Source: Mobula hypostoma
Lineage: Eukaryota
Assembly (NCBI RefSeq): GCF_963921235.1
Contig: NC_086097.1
Coordinates: 190,466,001 to 190,530,000, forward strand
Reading direction: 5' to 3'
DNA: 64,000 nt
Shown: positions 47,923-61,575 of the stretch, piece after piece
Layout: every line of letters starts with the position of its first letter
How positions within the stretch are numbered: the stretch's first letter is position 1
Translations under genes and position numbers: made by a program
The notes under the pieces: generated by a model
Told to the model about the DNA's origin: nothing
Databases searched by the model: none
What the model saw: the letters and a program-made list of their open reading frames with translations, nothing else

Positions 47923-49051
47923 CCTTCGGCACCAATTGCACTTAGCCACTGCTGAGCCTGCAATTTACAGTTTGGAGATCTGCTACTTGACTTACAATGC
48001 CTACTTTGTAAAGGAGGAAATCCATTCCAGACGAATCAAACTGTGTTGTGCCAAGCCTCTCTTTCCTGATTAGCATAGCACAACAGCCATTCTTATAGCA
48101 TAATAAGTGAAACTTCTCAGGACACAGCCACTTCTGTGTCTCAGTTACCTACATAGATTCTACTCCAAAAGCCCTCACAGGTTGGTTATATCTGCAAAGC
48201 ATGCCTGACAAAGTAGAGGCAGCAGCACTAGCCTCTATTGGTTAATAGTATATTTTATTAGCTGAGACAAGTAAAATGGTATAAATTGTTAAAATATGCA
48301 TGCATTAAGTTTCATCAATCTCTTTTCTGATTGCAAGTGTATGGTATTACAGAGCATTGGAAAATATATAGCTAATCCATGAAAGGGCAATTGAAAGCTA
48401 ACAAAGTTCAAAGAGAATAAGACACCTCAGTAGATTTGATGATTGCATATATAGGCAATAATCACCCATTTGCTGTTGAAATAGAAATAGACAGATTGCT
48501 AGAATATAGAGTAACACAAAAGAAAACTGTGACTGAACTGTGCAGTGGCTGCTCGGTTGACAAACCAAAAGGGAGGCACTCTACTCCACTGGAGAGAATT
48601 GAGACAAGACCGATGACACTGATCCCTTATCTAGGAATTGCCTTCCTGCACTTTCTGGTCTGTTATCTGTCAGTTAATTTTGATGTGATCTTGAACCACA
48701 TGAGATGGATTGTAGTAAGTCACTGGAATGATTTCATAGCAATTTTATACAGACTCATTGGAACCTGAGATGAATGAACTCAGAGGAGCCTAACTTACCC
48801 ATATTAACTAGTGACGTTGAGAACCAAATGGATTTGTTACATGCATATAAAGGTAAAACTTGTGCTGATCAACTCTCCAACAATTTGTACCACAATTTTG
48901 TGCAAGGTATTCTGTAAGATAGTAATTTTTTTTCAGCTAACAATGACTATAGAACCTATACTTTAAAAGTAAAGCAATAACTCAGTATTCCTGTTTTTAA
49001 TATCTTCAAGTTGAGAGTGACCTGCTTCTATTTTACTTCTAAGCCAAATAA

Positions 49052-49280
49052 CCTCTTTAGCCAGAGGGTGGTGAACTTGTGGAACCTGTTACCACAGGCA
49101 GCTGTGGAGAGCAGGTCGTTGGGAGTATTTAAGGCAGAGATTGATAGGTTCTTGATTGGACATGGCATCAAAGGTTATGAGGAGAAAGCTGGGGAGTGGG
49201 GCTAAGGAGGAGACAAATTATTGAATGGCAAAACAGGTTCAATCGGCCAAATGGCTCAATTCTGCTCCCATCTCTCATGA
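49052..49280 (+). mobile_element. CR1 3' fragment
   Basis: FSQRVVNLWNLLP..FKAEIDRFL. Confidence 0.85.
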
Positions 49281-51799
49281 GAATTTTTAAATCGTCACAG
49301 ATGCCTGATAGGCAAGGTGAGATGTTACGTCTTTTATCCACTTATGCAGAACCTCTGTGTGTTCCCAATACATAGCTCAAGGTTCTCAATACTGTTTCAG
49401 ATACTCCTCCTCCACTTTGCACATTCATGGGACAAAGATTCTCAGGAACAGAGGAGATGTTGCGTTTTCTCAAAAAAAAAGCCTTGAGTGCATCCTTGAA
49501 TCTTTCCTTTTGCTCATAGATTTCTTGTAATGACAGAGCTCAGAACAGGGAGTCTGTGTGGCCATCTGGTAACAGCCCAATGGTATCAACTGAGTGTAAC
49601 TAAGACTTAAATGCTGGAGGCTGGAACCTTGAAGTGCCTGGTGATGGAGGAGGGCATAGGTCACGATCATGTGGAGTTTTAGGTGAAGTCAGCACTTTTT
49701 TTTAAATATAAAAGAACACCCTTTTCCTCAATTAACCAAAGCTTTCACGGCCCATTCAAGGTATCATGAAATTCATGAATTGATGCCTGCCTTTGTCAAG
49801 GATGCTTCTGAGATGAAGGAGGATGTCCATGAAGCCATGCTGACTCTCCCTAATTAGGCCATAGGTTTCCAAATGCTCATGTATCCTTTCCCTAAGAATA
49901 GTCTCCAGCAACTTCCCTAAAATTAACATGAGACTCACTGGTCTATAGTTCCCAGGAGGATTTTCCCTTGTTCCCTTCTTAAATATAGGTACAACATTAG
50001 CTACTCGGCAGTCCTTCGGGACCTTACCTGTGCCACCTGTGGCTAGAGAGGACACAAAGATACTGGTCAAGGACCCAGCAACCTTACTTCTTTCAATAAC
50101 CTGGGGAAACCCTTCTGGCCCTGTGGAGTTATCCACCTTAATACTCATTAGGAGGCTCAACACTTCCCTCTCCTTGACCTCTAAACTCCTTAACATATTT
50201 GTACACTCAGCACTGACCTCCTGGTCCCCCATATCCTTTTCCTTGGTAAATACTGAAGCAAGGTACTCATTAAGTACGCCACCCATATTCTCCGCATCCA
50301 AGCAAGTTTTCACCCCTTTATCCTTACATGGTCCCACTCTCTCCCTACTTATCCTCTTGCTCTGTATTGAATGCCTTAGGATTCGCCTTAATCCTGGTTG
50401 TGAAGAACTTTTCATGGCCCCTCCTGGCTTTCCTAATTCCTTTCTTTAGTTCTTTACTGACTTCTTTATACTCATGTGCTTTGTTTTATCCTAACTTATG
50501 AAGCTTTATATACTTTTTCTTTTTCTTCTTGGCTAAATTCATCACCTCTCTGAATATTCAAGGTTCTCTTATCTTTCCATCCCAACCTTTCTTCTAACAG
50601 GAACATGCCTTTCCTGCACTCGGTGCAATTGATCTTTAAACACTCCACATGTCTGATGTGGATATGCCGAAGAAAAAGTGATCCCAATGAGTTCCTGCCT
50701 AATGCACTTGCCCTATGCCAAATTAAAGCTCTCCCACAAGGACCATACCTATCCTTGTCAATAGCCATCCTGAAAGTTAAGGAGTTGTGGTCACTATTCC
50801 CTAACTGCTCATCCACTGAAAGGACAGTCATGTGGCCAGGCTCATTACCCAATTACCAGGTCTAGTGTGGCCCTTCCCCTCATTGGACTGTCTATATATT
50901 GATTTAAGAAACTCTCCTGGATACACTTAACAAATTCTGTCCCATCTAAACCCCTTAAACTAAGGAAGCCCATGTTTATATTAGGGAAGTTCAAATCCAC
51001 ATTACAACAACCCTATTATTCTTGCATATTTCCTTAATCTGATTACTTATCTGTTCCTCAATGTTCCAGTGGCTATTAGGAGGTCTGCAGTACAATCTCA
51101 TCAGTATGATTGCACCTTTCCTGTTCCTGAATTCCACCCAAATAGACTCAGTGTCTGACCCATCCATATATCTCCCAAGAGTGTGGCTGTGATATTTTCC
51201 CTGATTAGTAGTGCAACTCCCTCCCCCACCCTTTATCTCCTCCTCTGTGTTTCCTAAAGCTTCAAAGACCTGGTACGTTAATCACCAATTCCTACCCCTC
51301 TCTCAACCAAATTTCAAACTACAATTGCTACAACATTGTAGTTCCATGTACTGATCCATGCTCTAAGTCCATCAGCCTACCCATAATGCTCCTAGCATTA
51401 AAATATACCCACTTCGAACTATATGACACATCATACATGTTATTTCAATTTTGCCTTTCAATACTTCCCCTGACATCTACCTACTGGTCCAAACCTTCCC
51501 TTACTGACCTGGGCTCTGGTTCCCAACCCCCTGCAAAACTACAAATGTAGTTTAAACTCTTCCAGGTAACATCAGCAAACCTTGAGGCCAGGATGTTGGT
51601 TCCCCCTCCAGCTCAGGTGCAACCTGTCCCTCTTGTACAGGCCATCCCTTCCCCAGAAAAGGTTTCAATGATTAAAGAACTTGGAACCCTGCCTCCTTTA
51701 CCATCTCTGCAGCTATTCATTCATCTGTGCTATCACCCCATTCAGACCTGCTCCAGGGTATGGCACAGAGTAATCCAGAGATTAACCCTCACTAATTAA

Positions 51800-52397
51800 A
51801 ACCCTCACTAATTTTTATAGATGCACTGTAGAAAGCATTCTTCTGGGGTGCATCACAACCTGGTATGGAAGTTGTCCTGTCCAAGACCGCAGGAAGCTGG
51901 AGAAGATCGTGAACATAGCGCAGCACATCACAAAAACTAATCTTCCATCCTTGGACTCACTTTACACCGCACGTTGTTGGAGCAGTGCTGCCAGGATAAT
52001 CAAAGACACGACCCGCCCAGCCAACACACTTTTCATCCCTCTTCCCTCCGGGAGAAGGCTCAGGAGCTTGAAGACTCGTACGGCCAGATTTCGGAACAGC
52101 TTCTTTCCAACTGTGATAAGACTGCTGAACGGATCCTGACCCGGATCTGGGCCGTACCCTCCAAATATCCGGACCTGCCTCTCAGTTTTTTTGCACTACC
52201 TTACTTTCCATTTTTCTATTTTCTATTTATGATTTATAATTTAATTTTTTTAATATTTACTAATTTTTACTATGTTTAATATTTTTAATATTTAATATTT
52301 GTAATCCAGGGAGCGGGAAGCGCAGAATCAAATATCGCTGTGATGATTGTACATTCTAGTATCAATTGTTTGGCAACAATAAAGTATAAAGTATAAA
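51800..52397 (+). mobile_element. 3' fragment of a Rex1/L2-type LINE nested in CR1
   Basis: ORF 51909..52139 (LPSGRRLRSLKTRTARFRNSFFPTVIRLLN); AATAAAGTATAAAGTATAAA tail. Confidence 0.9.
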
Positions 52398-52974
52398 ACC
52401 TTGGAGATTTTTTAGCCTGTTTCCTAATTGAATATACTCATTGTATTGGACCTCTTCCACTTTTCTGCCTTTGTTATTGATGCCAATACGCACCACAACC
52501 ATTGGCTGTTCTCTCTCCCCCTTGAGAATATCCTGCAGCCGTCCAATACATTCCTAACACCCGGGAGGCAACATACCACCCTGGTATCTCTTTTGTGGCC
52601 ATAGAATCTCCTTTCTGTCCCCTAACTATTGAGTCCACTATAACTTTTGCACTACCTGACTTTGCCCTTCCCCGTTGAGTCCCAGAGCCGTCTACAGAGC
52701 CACCAGCCTTGGCGCTGCTGCTGTGATCTTGATGGGTCATTCCCCCCCCCCACCCACCCACCCAAATAGTATCTAAAGAGGCGTATTTGTTGCTGAGGGG
52801 AATGGCCAGATGGTAACCCTGCACTAACTTCTTAATCCCCTTTCCTCTTCCAGTGGTCACCCATCTAACATCCAAAGCCTGTACTCTGGGTGTGACCACC
52901 TCTTCAAACGTCTATAATATCTTCAGACACCCAAATGATTTTGAGTACATCCAACTCCAGCTCTAACTCTTATA

Positions 52975-53505
52975 ACCATATAACAATTACAGCATGGGAA
53001 CAGGCCATCTCGGCCCTTCTAGTCTGTGCCGAGCTCTTACCCTATCCTATTCCCACCGACCTGCACTCAGCCCATAACCCTCCATACCTTTCCTGTCCAT
53101 ATATCTATCCAATTTAACTTTAAACGACAACATAGAACCTGCCTCAACCACTTCTGCTGGAATCTAATTCCACACAGCTACCACTCTCTGAGTAAAGAAG
53201 CTCCCCCTCATGTTACCCCAAAACTTTTGTCCTCTAATTCTCAACCCATGCCCTCTTGTTTGAATCTTCCCCACTCTCAATGAAAAAAGTCCAACCACGT
53301 CAACTCTATCAATCCCCCTCATAATTTTAAATACCTCTATCAAGTCCTCCCTCAACCTTCTACGCTCCAAAGAATAAAGACCCAACTTATTCACCCTTTC
53401 TCTGTAACTTAGGAGATGAAACCCTGGCAACATTTTAGTAAACCTCCTCTGTACTCTCTCAATGTTATTGACATCTTTCCTATAATTTGGTGACCAGAAC
53501 TGTAA
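52975..53505 (-). mobile_element. CR1 3' fragment nested in the older CR1
   Basis: ORF 53164..53433 (LGLYSLERRRLREDLIEVFKI, TRGH, FFTQRVV). Confidence 0.88.
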
Positions 53506-54045
53506 CTCTTTGACCCTGTCAGGTGCTGAAGTTGGGTATACTTCCCATAGAGGTAGTCCTCAATGAAACCATCAGGTATCCTGAATTCCCACATCTGATA
53601 GAAGAATTCCATCTTCACTACTCTATACTAAAAACAGTAAAAAGCTTACCTCTTTTTAACAGTGCCTTTGCCTGTTCATGCTAAAGCCTGTTAAACTAAT
53701 GTTTTCAGACTCTTTCACTGGTACACTCCAACAATGGGTGCTCCACTTGACCTTGCCCTTCTTTTATTTCCATCTGAATTTAGGCCTCTGATACCAACAT
53801 TTTCTGCAGCTGCACAGTCTATTAAGACAGCCTTGCTCGAATCTGCTTTTATCCTCTCTCTTAACTTCAACAGAGCTCTGACAACACTCTCCTCATGACT
53901 GAGCTGCCGAAGAACTCTAGAAAGCTCTTTCCATTGTATCCAAATACATCCAGTCAAAAGGGAGGAAAAGTGGCAAAAACATATGCACAAGAACAACATT
54001 TACACACCCGTTTCTCAACATGAACTCAACTCAAGTTGGTAATGT

Positions 54046-54886
54046 TTAGACCATAAGACTAAGATATCCAAGCAGAGTAGGTTATTTGGCCCATCAAGTA
54101 TGCTCTTTCATCTGGCTGATCCAGTTTCTCTCTCAACCCCAATTTCCTGCCTTCTCCTTGAATCCCTTCATGCTCTGACTAATCAACAATCTATCAAACT
54201 CTGCCTTCAATATATTCAATAGCTTGGCCTCCACTGCCAATTGTGGCAATGAATTCCATAGATTCACCATTCTCTGGCTAAAGAAATTCCTCATCTCTGT
54301 TCTAAAAGGATGCCCCTCTACTTGGAGGCTATGTCCTCTGGTCTTAGACTCTTGTACTGGAGGAAACATCCTCTCTATTGAGGCCTTTCAACATGTGATT
54401 GGTTTCAATGAGGTATCCCTCAGTCTTCCGAATTCCAGTGAGTAGAGGCCCTCGGCCATCAAATGCTTCTCGTATGACAAGGTTTTCAATCCTGAAATCA
54501 CTTTCATGAACCTCTTTGAACCCTCTCCAATGTCAGCACATCCTTTCTAAGATAAGGGGCCCAAAACTGTTCACAATACTCCAAGAGAGTCCTCACCAGT
54601 GTTTTATAAAGCCTCAACATTTTATCTTTGCTTTTATATTCTCGTCCTTTCAAATGAATGCTAACATCACATTTGCTATCTTCCAAGTCATTGACATAAC
54701 AATCCTAACACAGACCCCTGTGGACCACTAGCCACTGGCAGACATTCAGAAAAGGCCCTCTATTTCCACTCTTTACCTCCTTTCAATCAGCCAATACTCT
54801 ATCCATGCTAATATCTTCCCTGTAGTACCATGGGCTTTTAACTTGTGAAGCAGCCTCATGTGGGGTGCCTTGTCAAAGGCCTTCTG
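54046..54886 (-). mobile_element. CR1 3' fragment with internal deletions
   Basis: ORFs 54133..54369 and 54504..54686 (LYKTLVR..LEYCEQFWAPYLRKDV). Confidence 0.85.
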
Positions 54887-55669
54887 AGACTGTTCTTTTG
54901 CATTCATAAACTGGTTATATATGACAAGTGCCAAGCATTCTGAAGCCTAGTGTATCAGGTTGCAAGCACTTACCCATAAGTAAAAGCCTGACATACTCTA
55001 TGCATGGGGAACAGTATCATGTGCCAAAATTACATTTTGTGCACTACAGCTACTCAATGTATTATAATTACACAATCAGCTTAATGAAAAATATCTTCCT
55101 CACACAGTAAAAGAGCTCTAGTTGTGTTGTGAACATAGTTCCAGGTGACAAAAGCACCGGGGTGGAATTCACTTTTTTTCTACACATGCAGGCACTGCTA
55201 AATAGCATGTTGTATGATATCACCAATCATTGCAATTCAATATAGAAATTAACTAAAGTTATGGATTAGGTTCAACTGCTTCTGTGTGCATTTCCTATTC
55301 TATCTTAACATCTAGTTAACTTTAAATGCTCTTCAAAATGCATTAGCCAGCTTTATTGGGTTAACACAAATGCTTCACAGTATTCCAACAAGAGAAGTTT
55401 TCTACTGGATCAAGAACAAGCACTGTGCTCACATTATCAACCATATGGAAGTAGAAATTTGACTGGGCAGATAAGAGCTATTTGGATTAACATGGTAACA
55501 TTTCAAATGGAATTACTGGTTTGTATCATTCCTTTACCCTATCATATTATTCACTTAGTTCCTTTAATGCAATGTTAATCTTGTCCCAACATGCACTTGT
55601 GACAGAGCACTTATACAGTATTCTTAAGCTCAGAATTACACATTTCTGATGCCCTGAAAAAAGCATCAC

Positions 55670-56185
55670 ACTTCAAAGTCAAAATGAAGTTTATTATCAG
55701 AGTACATACACATCACCACGGAGAACGCTGAGATTCTTTTTCTGCGGACATCCTTAGCAAATCTATAGAACAGTAACTGTAAACAGGATCAATGGACATC
55801 AAACTGTGCAAATGCAGATATAAATGAATAGCAAAAAATAACAAGCATGAAATAACAATATAACAGAGTTCTTAAATGAGTGTAGCCATCTGCTTTTGTT
55901 GAAGAGACTGATGGTTGAGAGGTAGTAACTGTTCTTGAACCTGGTGATGCGAGTCCTAAGGCACCCTGTACCTTGTACCTGATGGCAGCAGTGAGAAATG
56001 ATCATGGCCTGGATGGTGAAGATCTTTGATAATGGATGTTGCTTTCCTATGGCAATGTTTCATGTAGATGTATTTAATTGGGAGGGCTTTATACATGAGG
56101 AATTGAGCTGAATCCAATATCTGTTGTAGGACTGTCCACTCAAAGACTTTGGTGATCCCATCCAGGCCATAATGCAGCTAGTCAG
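55670..56185 (-). mobile_element. Rex1/L2-type LINE 3' fragment
   Basis: CLRTRITRFKNSYYLSTISLFN; same family as 60716-61575. Confidence 0.8.
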
Positions 56186-57812
56186 CAATTTGCACAAAAT
56201 GGCAAATTATGTTACCAGAAAATTCCTTACTTAAGAGATTGGTATTGTGCTTTTGTTTGATTTAGATGAATAAGATACCAAATGGCAGTATTTGTTGAGA
56301 TCACAGCTGTACTCCATTCACAAACTATCCAATAGGAATCAGGTTGTGGATATTAATGAGTTTTCTCCATGGTTGCTACAAAAGTTTCCATGATACCAAA
56401 GGGGAAATGAGAAGAGGACAGCAGTACTGAGAGTGTGTGTGTGTGGGGGGGGGGGGGGCGGGGGGCGAATGAGGATAAAATCAGGGGAAAGAAAAGCAGA
56501 AGTTTCAACAGTGTATAAAAGCAGCACATGAAAAGCAAGGAAGATGAATCAGTAAAGATAAAAAGCTTGTTTGATGAGTGTTTCTAATTCATACATGGTT
56601 CCTGACTTGCTGTGGGCTATACTCCTTATTTGCCTGTGAGTGAACAATGAAGGCCATTGTTTGAAATTTCACTGGTTATGTCAGAAATTGATGTTTTCGT
56701 TGATCACAGCACACACGCAAAATGAAAAACGCAAAACGAAAATGGCATGTGCAAACATGCACAACGTGGTTTTATGACCAATTTGCATAAAAATATAACA
56801 AGTGTTATTTTCCAATCTAGTTTCACAGTTTTGGTATCTTAAATTCCTCTTCAATATTCCAATCAAATGACCGAGGAACACATGACAATTTTTAATTTTT
56901 TCAGAACTTTCTAGGATTCGTCATCTTCACACCATGCCTAAATTTGACAGACACTTTTTTTCTGCTGTGCAAAAGTAGCTTCTCCCACAGGAAACACATT
57001 GCTTTGATCAACTGAAAACTGTAAACATCAGACTTGCCCATTAATTAGCTTACAGTGTCAAAAGGCCAAGCTCTTTAGAATACTGAAGCTATCGATGAAA
57101 CAGTAGGGTTATTAGATTCCTGGTGCAATAACCTGAGTTTGCAGACCAATTTGATTTTCCCCTTAGGTAATTCTCTGAGCAAAAAATATTCTAAATACGA
57201 CAGAGGAATCAAAGATCTGCAGAATGTGAGATTACTGAAGATAGCGCTCCAGTAAAATTCAGACCTATTTAAAATATCTCTGCATGCAAAAATATTCCAC
57301 TGAATGTCATTATAATACAGCTAAACACAAATCCAAAAGGTTAAGTCTGGTTGCATATTTGTACTACAAATTATTAGTTAAGTAAAATTTTACATAATTA
57401 CTGTATAACTTCCTAGTCACTCTGCAATTCAGTTCTAAATTTTGCCACTTTGCCTTTTGTCTTTCATTGTTAAACAGATTCCCTGGCCAACTCTGTCTCT
57501 CCACACTTGACAGAGACAGGTGATTCATACATGCCACTGTTAATGATCATCTGACTGAACAACTTGAAAAGAGCTGATTGCAGGTTGATACAATGTCTAA
57601 AGCTCTCTAGGCAAGGAACAATTTGTTTCTGTAAGTTGCTTCTCAATAATATTTCTCAAAAAATTTGTAGAAGTTCTTAAGATACATTAACAATTTTTGA
57701 TCAATTACACTGGACAAAAAAGATTTTACTTCCTGAATAATTTTTGGATGTGTCTTATGGAGTTTGGGCCACTGATCATGAAATTTCTCTGTCAAGCATC
57801 ATTTATTTTTGA

Positions 57813-58493
57813 TATACTGCGTCCGGTGCTCCCGATGTGGCCTTCTATATATTGGCGAGACCCGACGCAGACTGGGAGACCGCTTTGCTGAACACCTACG
57901 CTCTGTCCGCCAGAGAAAGCAGGATCTCCCAGTGGCCACACATTTTAATTCCACATCCCATTCCCATTCTGATATGCCTATCCACGGCCTCCTCTACTGT
58001 AAAGATGAAGCCACACTCAGGTTGGAGGAACACCTTATATTCCGTCTGGGTAGCCTCCAACCTGATGGCATGAACATCGACTTCTCTAACTTCCGCTAAT
58101 GCCCCACCTCCCCCTCGTACCCCATCTGTTATTTATTTTTATACACACATTCTTTCTCTCACTCTCCTTTTTCTCCCTCTGTCCCTCTGACTATACCCCT
58201 TGCCCATCCTCTGGGATCCCCCCCCCCCGTGTCTTTCTTCCCGGACCTCCTGTCCCATGATCCTCTCGTATCCCCTTTGCCAATCACCTGTCCAGCTCTT
58301 GGCTCCATCCCTCCCCCTCCTGTCTTCTCCTATCATTTTGGATCTCCCCCTCCCCCTCCAACTTTCAAATCGCTTACTCACTCTTCCTTCAGTTAGTCCT
58401 GACGAAGGGTCTCGGCCTGAAACGTCGACTGTACCTCTTCCTACAGATGCTGCCTGGCCTGCTGCGTTCACCAGCAACTTTGATGTGTGTTGC
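57813..58493 (+). mobile_element. Penelope-like 3' fragment (GIY-YIG and terminal repeat) nested in the Chapaev3 element, 11-bp TSD
   Basis: ORF 57809..58099 IYCVRCSRCGLLYIGETRRRLGDRFAEH; TSD TTTATTTTTGA at 57802-57812 and 58494-58504. Confidence 0.93.
58395..58430 (+). ncRNA. Minimal type I hammerhead ribozyme motif
   Basis: AGTC-CTGACGA-a-GGGT ctcg GCCT-GAAAC-GTC-GACT; perfect 4-bp stem I; predicted cleavage after C58426. Confidence 0.75.
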
Positions 58494-60069
58494 TTTATTT
58501 TTGAAATTGCCTGTATTTGTTCTTTTAATTCATAATTCAAGTCAGAATAACTGATGCCAAGATTTAGAAAGGCACTTTCGTCGGTGCACAAATCAAACAG
58601 GTCATCAATGACAGACAATTCGAAGAACTTCCAGCAGGACCAGAAAAAAAGTTGCATGGAAGGCATTCAAGGATGTTGTTGACTACAGACTGGTAACAAA
58701 GAGCACCAAGCTACATGCAGCAGGTTAACAACATGCATCAAGCATACAGAACCACGAAGTGCAGCATGCCACTAAAAATTTATTTTCTGCATTCCCATTT
58801 AGACTTCTTCCCTGCAAGTCTGGGTGTTGTCAGAAATGAGTATAGAGAAAAGTTTTACCAAGGCATTGCAGTCATGGAGAAACAATATCAAGGCAATTGG
58901 AATCCATCAATGCTGGCTGATTATTGTTGGACACTGAAGTGAGAAGTGTCAGACACTGTGTACAAATGAAAATCATCAACAAAATATTTTTAGCTTAGTT
59001 CGACTATTGCAAGGCATCAGCACTATTATTCAATTAAACACATTACATTTAATAAAAGTTAATTTCTTGCTTCTCCAAACATGATACAAGTAGTCTGAAA
59101 TTTTATTTGTGTTCAGCTTCAAGCATTCTATCACAAACAAAAATAAAATTCTGAGGAAGCAAAACTTTTGAAAATGATTGTTGTCTAGTGTTATCATTGG
59201 GAATGGTTAAATTATGCAATTTTAATGGTAAAGCGAATGAAAACATGACAGGTATTTTCTTTAAAATGAAATTTTAAAGTATTTCCTCCCAGTTTTATCT
59301 AAAACGGAATCAAACATCTGTGTGAGTGCTATGACAGGACATGCACTTGCTGAATACAGTAAAATACTATAGCTGAGTGAATACAGCGACACTGTTACTG
59401 TTGCTTCATTCTAGTATTGAATGGACACAGTTACCTTTACACCTATTCACAAAAACATGGCTTGGATATAGGGCAATAAAAAACTGCATTGCAAATATCT
59501 TATCAGAAATCTGCCAGCAGAAAGAATAGATTATTAAGACCAATAGGAATATGAGATGAAAATTATTTCTAGAAGAAAAATCAGCAACTAAAGCATTGTA
59601 TTATCAACGTATCAATCTAATACCTATTGTCTTGCAATTCTTGAATATTACAAGGCCCTCAAGATCGATAGCAACATATGTATATACAAAATCAGCTCAC
59701 ATTTGAGTTTAAGGAGCCTGTTTATATATACAAAATAAGAACCAAAGTAATTTCCATATCTGGAGGTTACTGCAAAAGATCAGCTCTAACAACTACAAAG
59801 CTTAATATGCATGTTGCCTGGTATGAAGGTTCTGAATGAAGCGTATGAAAATTTAAAATGCATTTTAGGTGCAAGATTTTAATCTTCAGCTGGTAAATGC
59901 AATTCATAGATTGCCTATTCTGTTTAATAACAAATGAACAGTTATGCTGGAAGGAAAAATAGTTATTGTGATTTTAATTTAACCAAGCCTTTTGAGTTTT
60001 ATTCTTGTCTGCATTATAACAATGCCTGCATTCAAAAATACATAAATGGTTACAAACTTTCCAGAAGAT

Positions 60070-60212
60070 TGTCTCATTATAGGAAGGACATGGAAGCTTT
60101 AGAGAGGGTTCAAAAGAGATTTACCAGGATGCTGCCTGGAATAGAGAACATGTCTTATGAGGGAAGATTGAGGAAGCTAGGACTTTTTGCTTTCGATCAA
60201 AGGAGGATGACA
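60070..60212 (+). mobile_element. CR1 RT C-terminal fragment; a 3' UTR-like part resumes at ~61580-61725
   Basis: HYRKDMEALERVQKRFTRMLPG. Confidence 0.8.
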
Positions 60213-60410
60213 GACGTTGTATAGGTCAGTGAGTGCAGGGTTCAAGACCTATGCGAGTCCAGAATTGGAGGCTCAGTGTTCAAAGTCCCAAGATCCCTGC
60301 GTCCTTTGGTCAAGACCAACTCTTGAAGGCCGTGTTTGGTCTGGAAGTCAGAAGCTTGATATCTCTATTCCTGGGCCAGGGTCTGGAGGCAGCCTGTCCT
60401 GGAGGTTTGG

Positions 60411-60420
60411 GTGTGTGGGT

Positions 60421-60462
<42 letters not shown>

Positions 60463-60485
60463 GTGTGTGTGCGTGTGTGTGTGTG
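60411..60485. repeat. (TG)n microsatellite within an unclassified interspersed-repeat-like segment (60215-60710)
   Basis: Direct reading. Confidence 0.9.
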
Positions 60486-60715
60486 CACACAGGAGGGCAG
60501 GAGGGAGGGAGAAAGGAAAAGGGCTTATTTTGCTTTTGTTGTTTTTGTTGTTATTTGTGTGGTTCTGCTGAACATTGTGGAAATGCTATTTTGATACCAG
60601 AATGTGTGGCCATACTTGCAGGTGCCCCAAGCATATCCTTAGGTTGTGTTGGTTATTAATACAAACAATGCATTTCACTGTATGTTTCAATACATGTGAT
60701 AAATCAAAGAGTCAA

Positions 60716-61575
60716 ATCAAACGGGGTGATGAATCAGCATTTAGAAGGGAGATTGAAAACATGGCTGAGTTGTACAATAACAAAAGCCTCTCACTCAATG
60801 TCATTAAGACCAAGAAACTGATTGTAGACTTCAGAAGAGGGAAACCAGAGATCCATAAGCCAGTACTCATCAGAGGGTGAGAGGTGGAGAAGGTCAGTAA
60901 CTTTAAATTCCTGGGTGTCACTATCTCAGGGGGCCCATCCTGGACCCACCATGTAAATATTATTGCAAAGAAAGCACAACAGTGCCTCTACTTTCTCAAG
61001 CGTCTGTGGATGTTTGGCATGTCATCAAAAATCTTGACAACCTCTATAGATGTGTGGTGCAAAGTGTGCTGGCTGGCTGCATTATGGCCTGGTATGGAAA
61101 CACAAATGCCTTTGAGCTGAAAATCCTACAAAAGGTAGTGGATTCAGCCCGGTACATCATGGTAAAATCCTCCCAACCATTGAGCACATCTATATGAAAT
61201 GTTGCTGTAGAAAAGCAGCATCTAGCATCAAAGATCAGGTAGAAGGTACCTTCTGCCATCAGGTAGAAGGTATAGGTGCCTCTGGACTCGCACCACCAGG
61301 TTCAAGAACAGTTACTACCCCTCAACCATCAGTCTCTTGAACAAAAGGGGTTAGCCACACTCATTTAAGGACTGTTATATTGTTATTTCATGCTTGTTAT
61401 TTATTACTATTTATTTATATCTGCATTTGCATAGTTTGTTTACAGTTCCTGATGTTTATAGTTACAGTTCTATAGATTTGCTAAGGATGCTCACAGAAAA
61501 AGAATCTCAGGGTTGTATGTGGTGACAGGTATGTACTCTGATAATAATTTTTACTTTTGAACTGTGAACTTTGAA
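60716..61575 (+). mobile_element. Rex1/L2-type LINE 3' fragment
   Basis: DESAFRREIE..LSLNVIKTKKLIVDFRRG, FKFLGVTIS, KAQQCLYFLKRL; (TGAACT)n-like tail. Confidence 0.88.

Larger units (their letters stand above)
49828..53700 (-). mobile_element. Old CR1 LINE (ORF1, APE, RT N-terminus) with two nested insertions
   Basis: ORF 49756..50415 (NYRPVSL, ESQHGF); 50496..50852 (SDHNSL); ORF1 remnants 52474..52899 and 53409..53618. Confidence 0.8.
57708..59190 (+). mobile_element. Internally deleted Chapaev3-type (CMC superfamily) DNA transposon with TTA TSD
   Basis: TTA|CACTGGACAA ... TTGTCTAGTG|TTA; transposase remnants GTFVGAQIKQVIND, AWKAFKDVV and LKIYFLHSHLDFFP..MEKQYQGNWNPSMLADYCWTL. Confidence 0.85.

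Noticed and set aside
53715..53999. 94-aa minus-strand ORF
   Set aside because: No recognisable motif; adjoins the 5' end of an old CR1; no splice support
57150..57172. Plus-strand ttttccccttag|gtaatt AG/GT fusion
   Set aside because: Weaker donor and no clear branch point; shows that such motifs can arise by chance, which tempers the 13463 candidate
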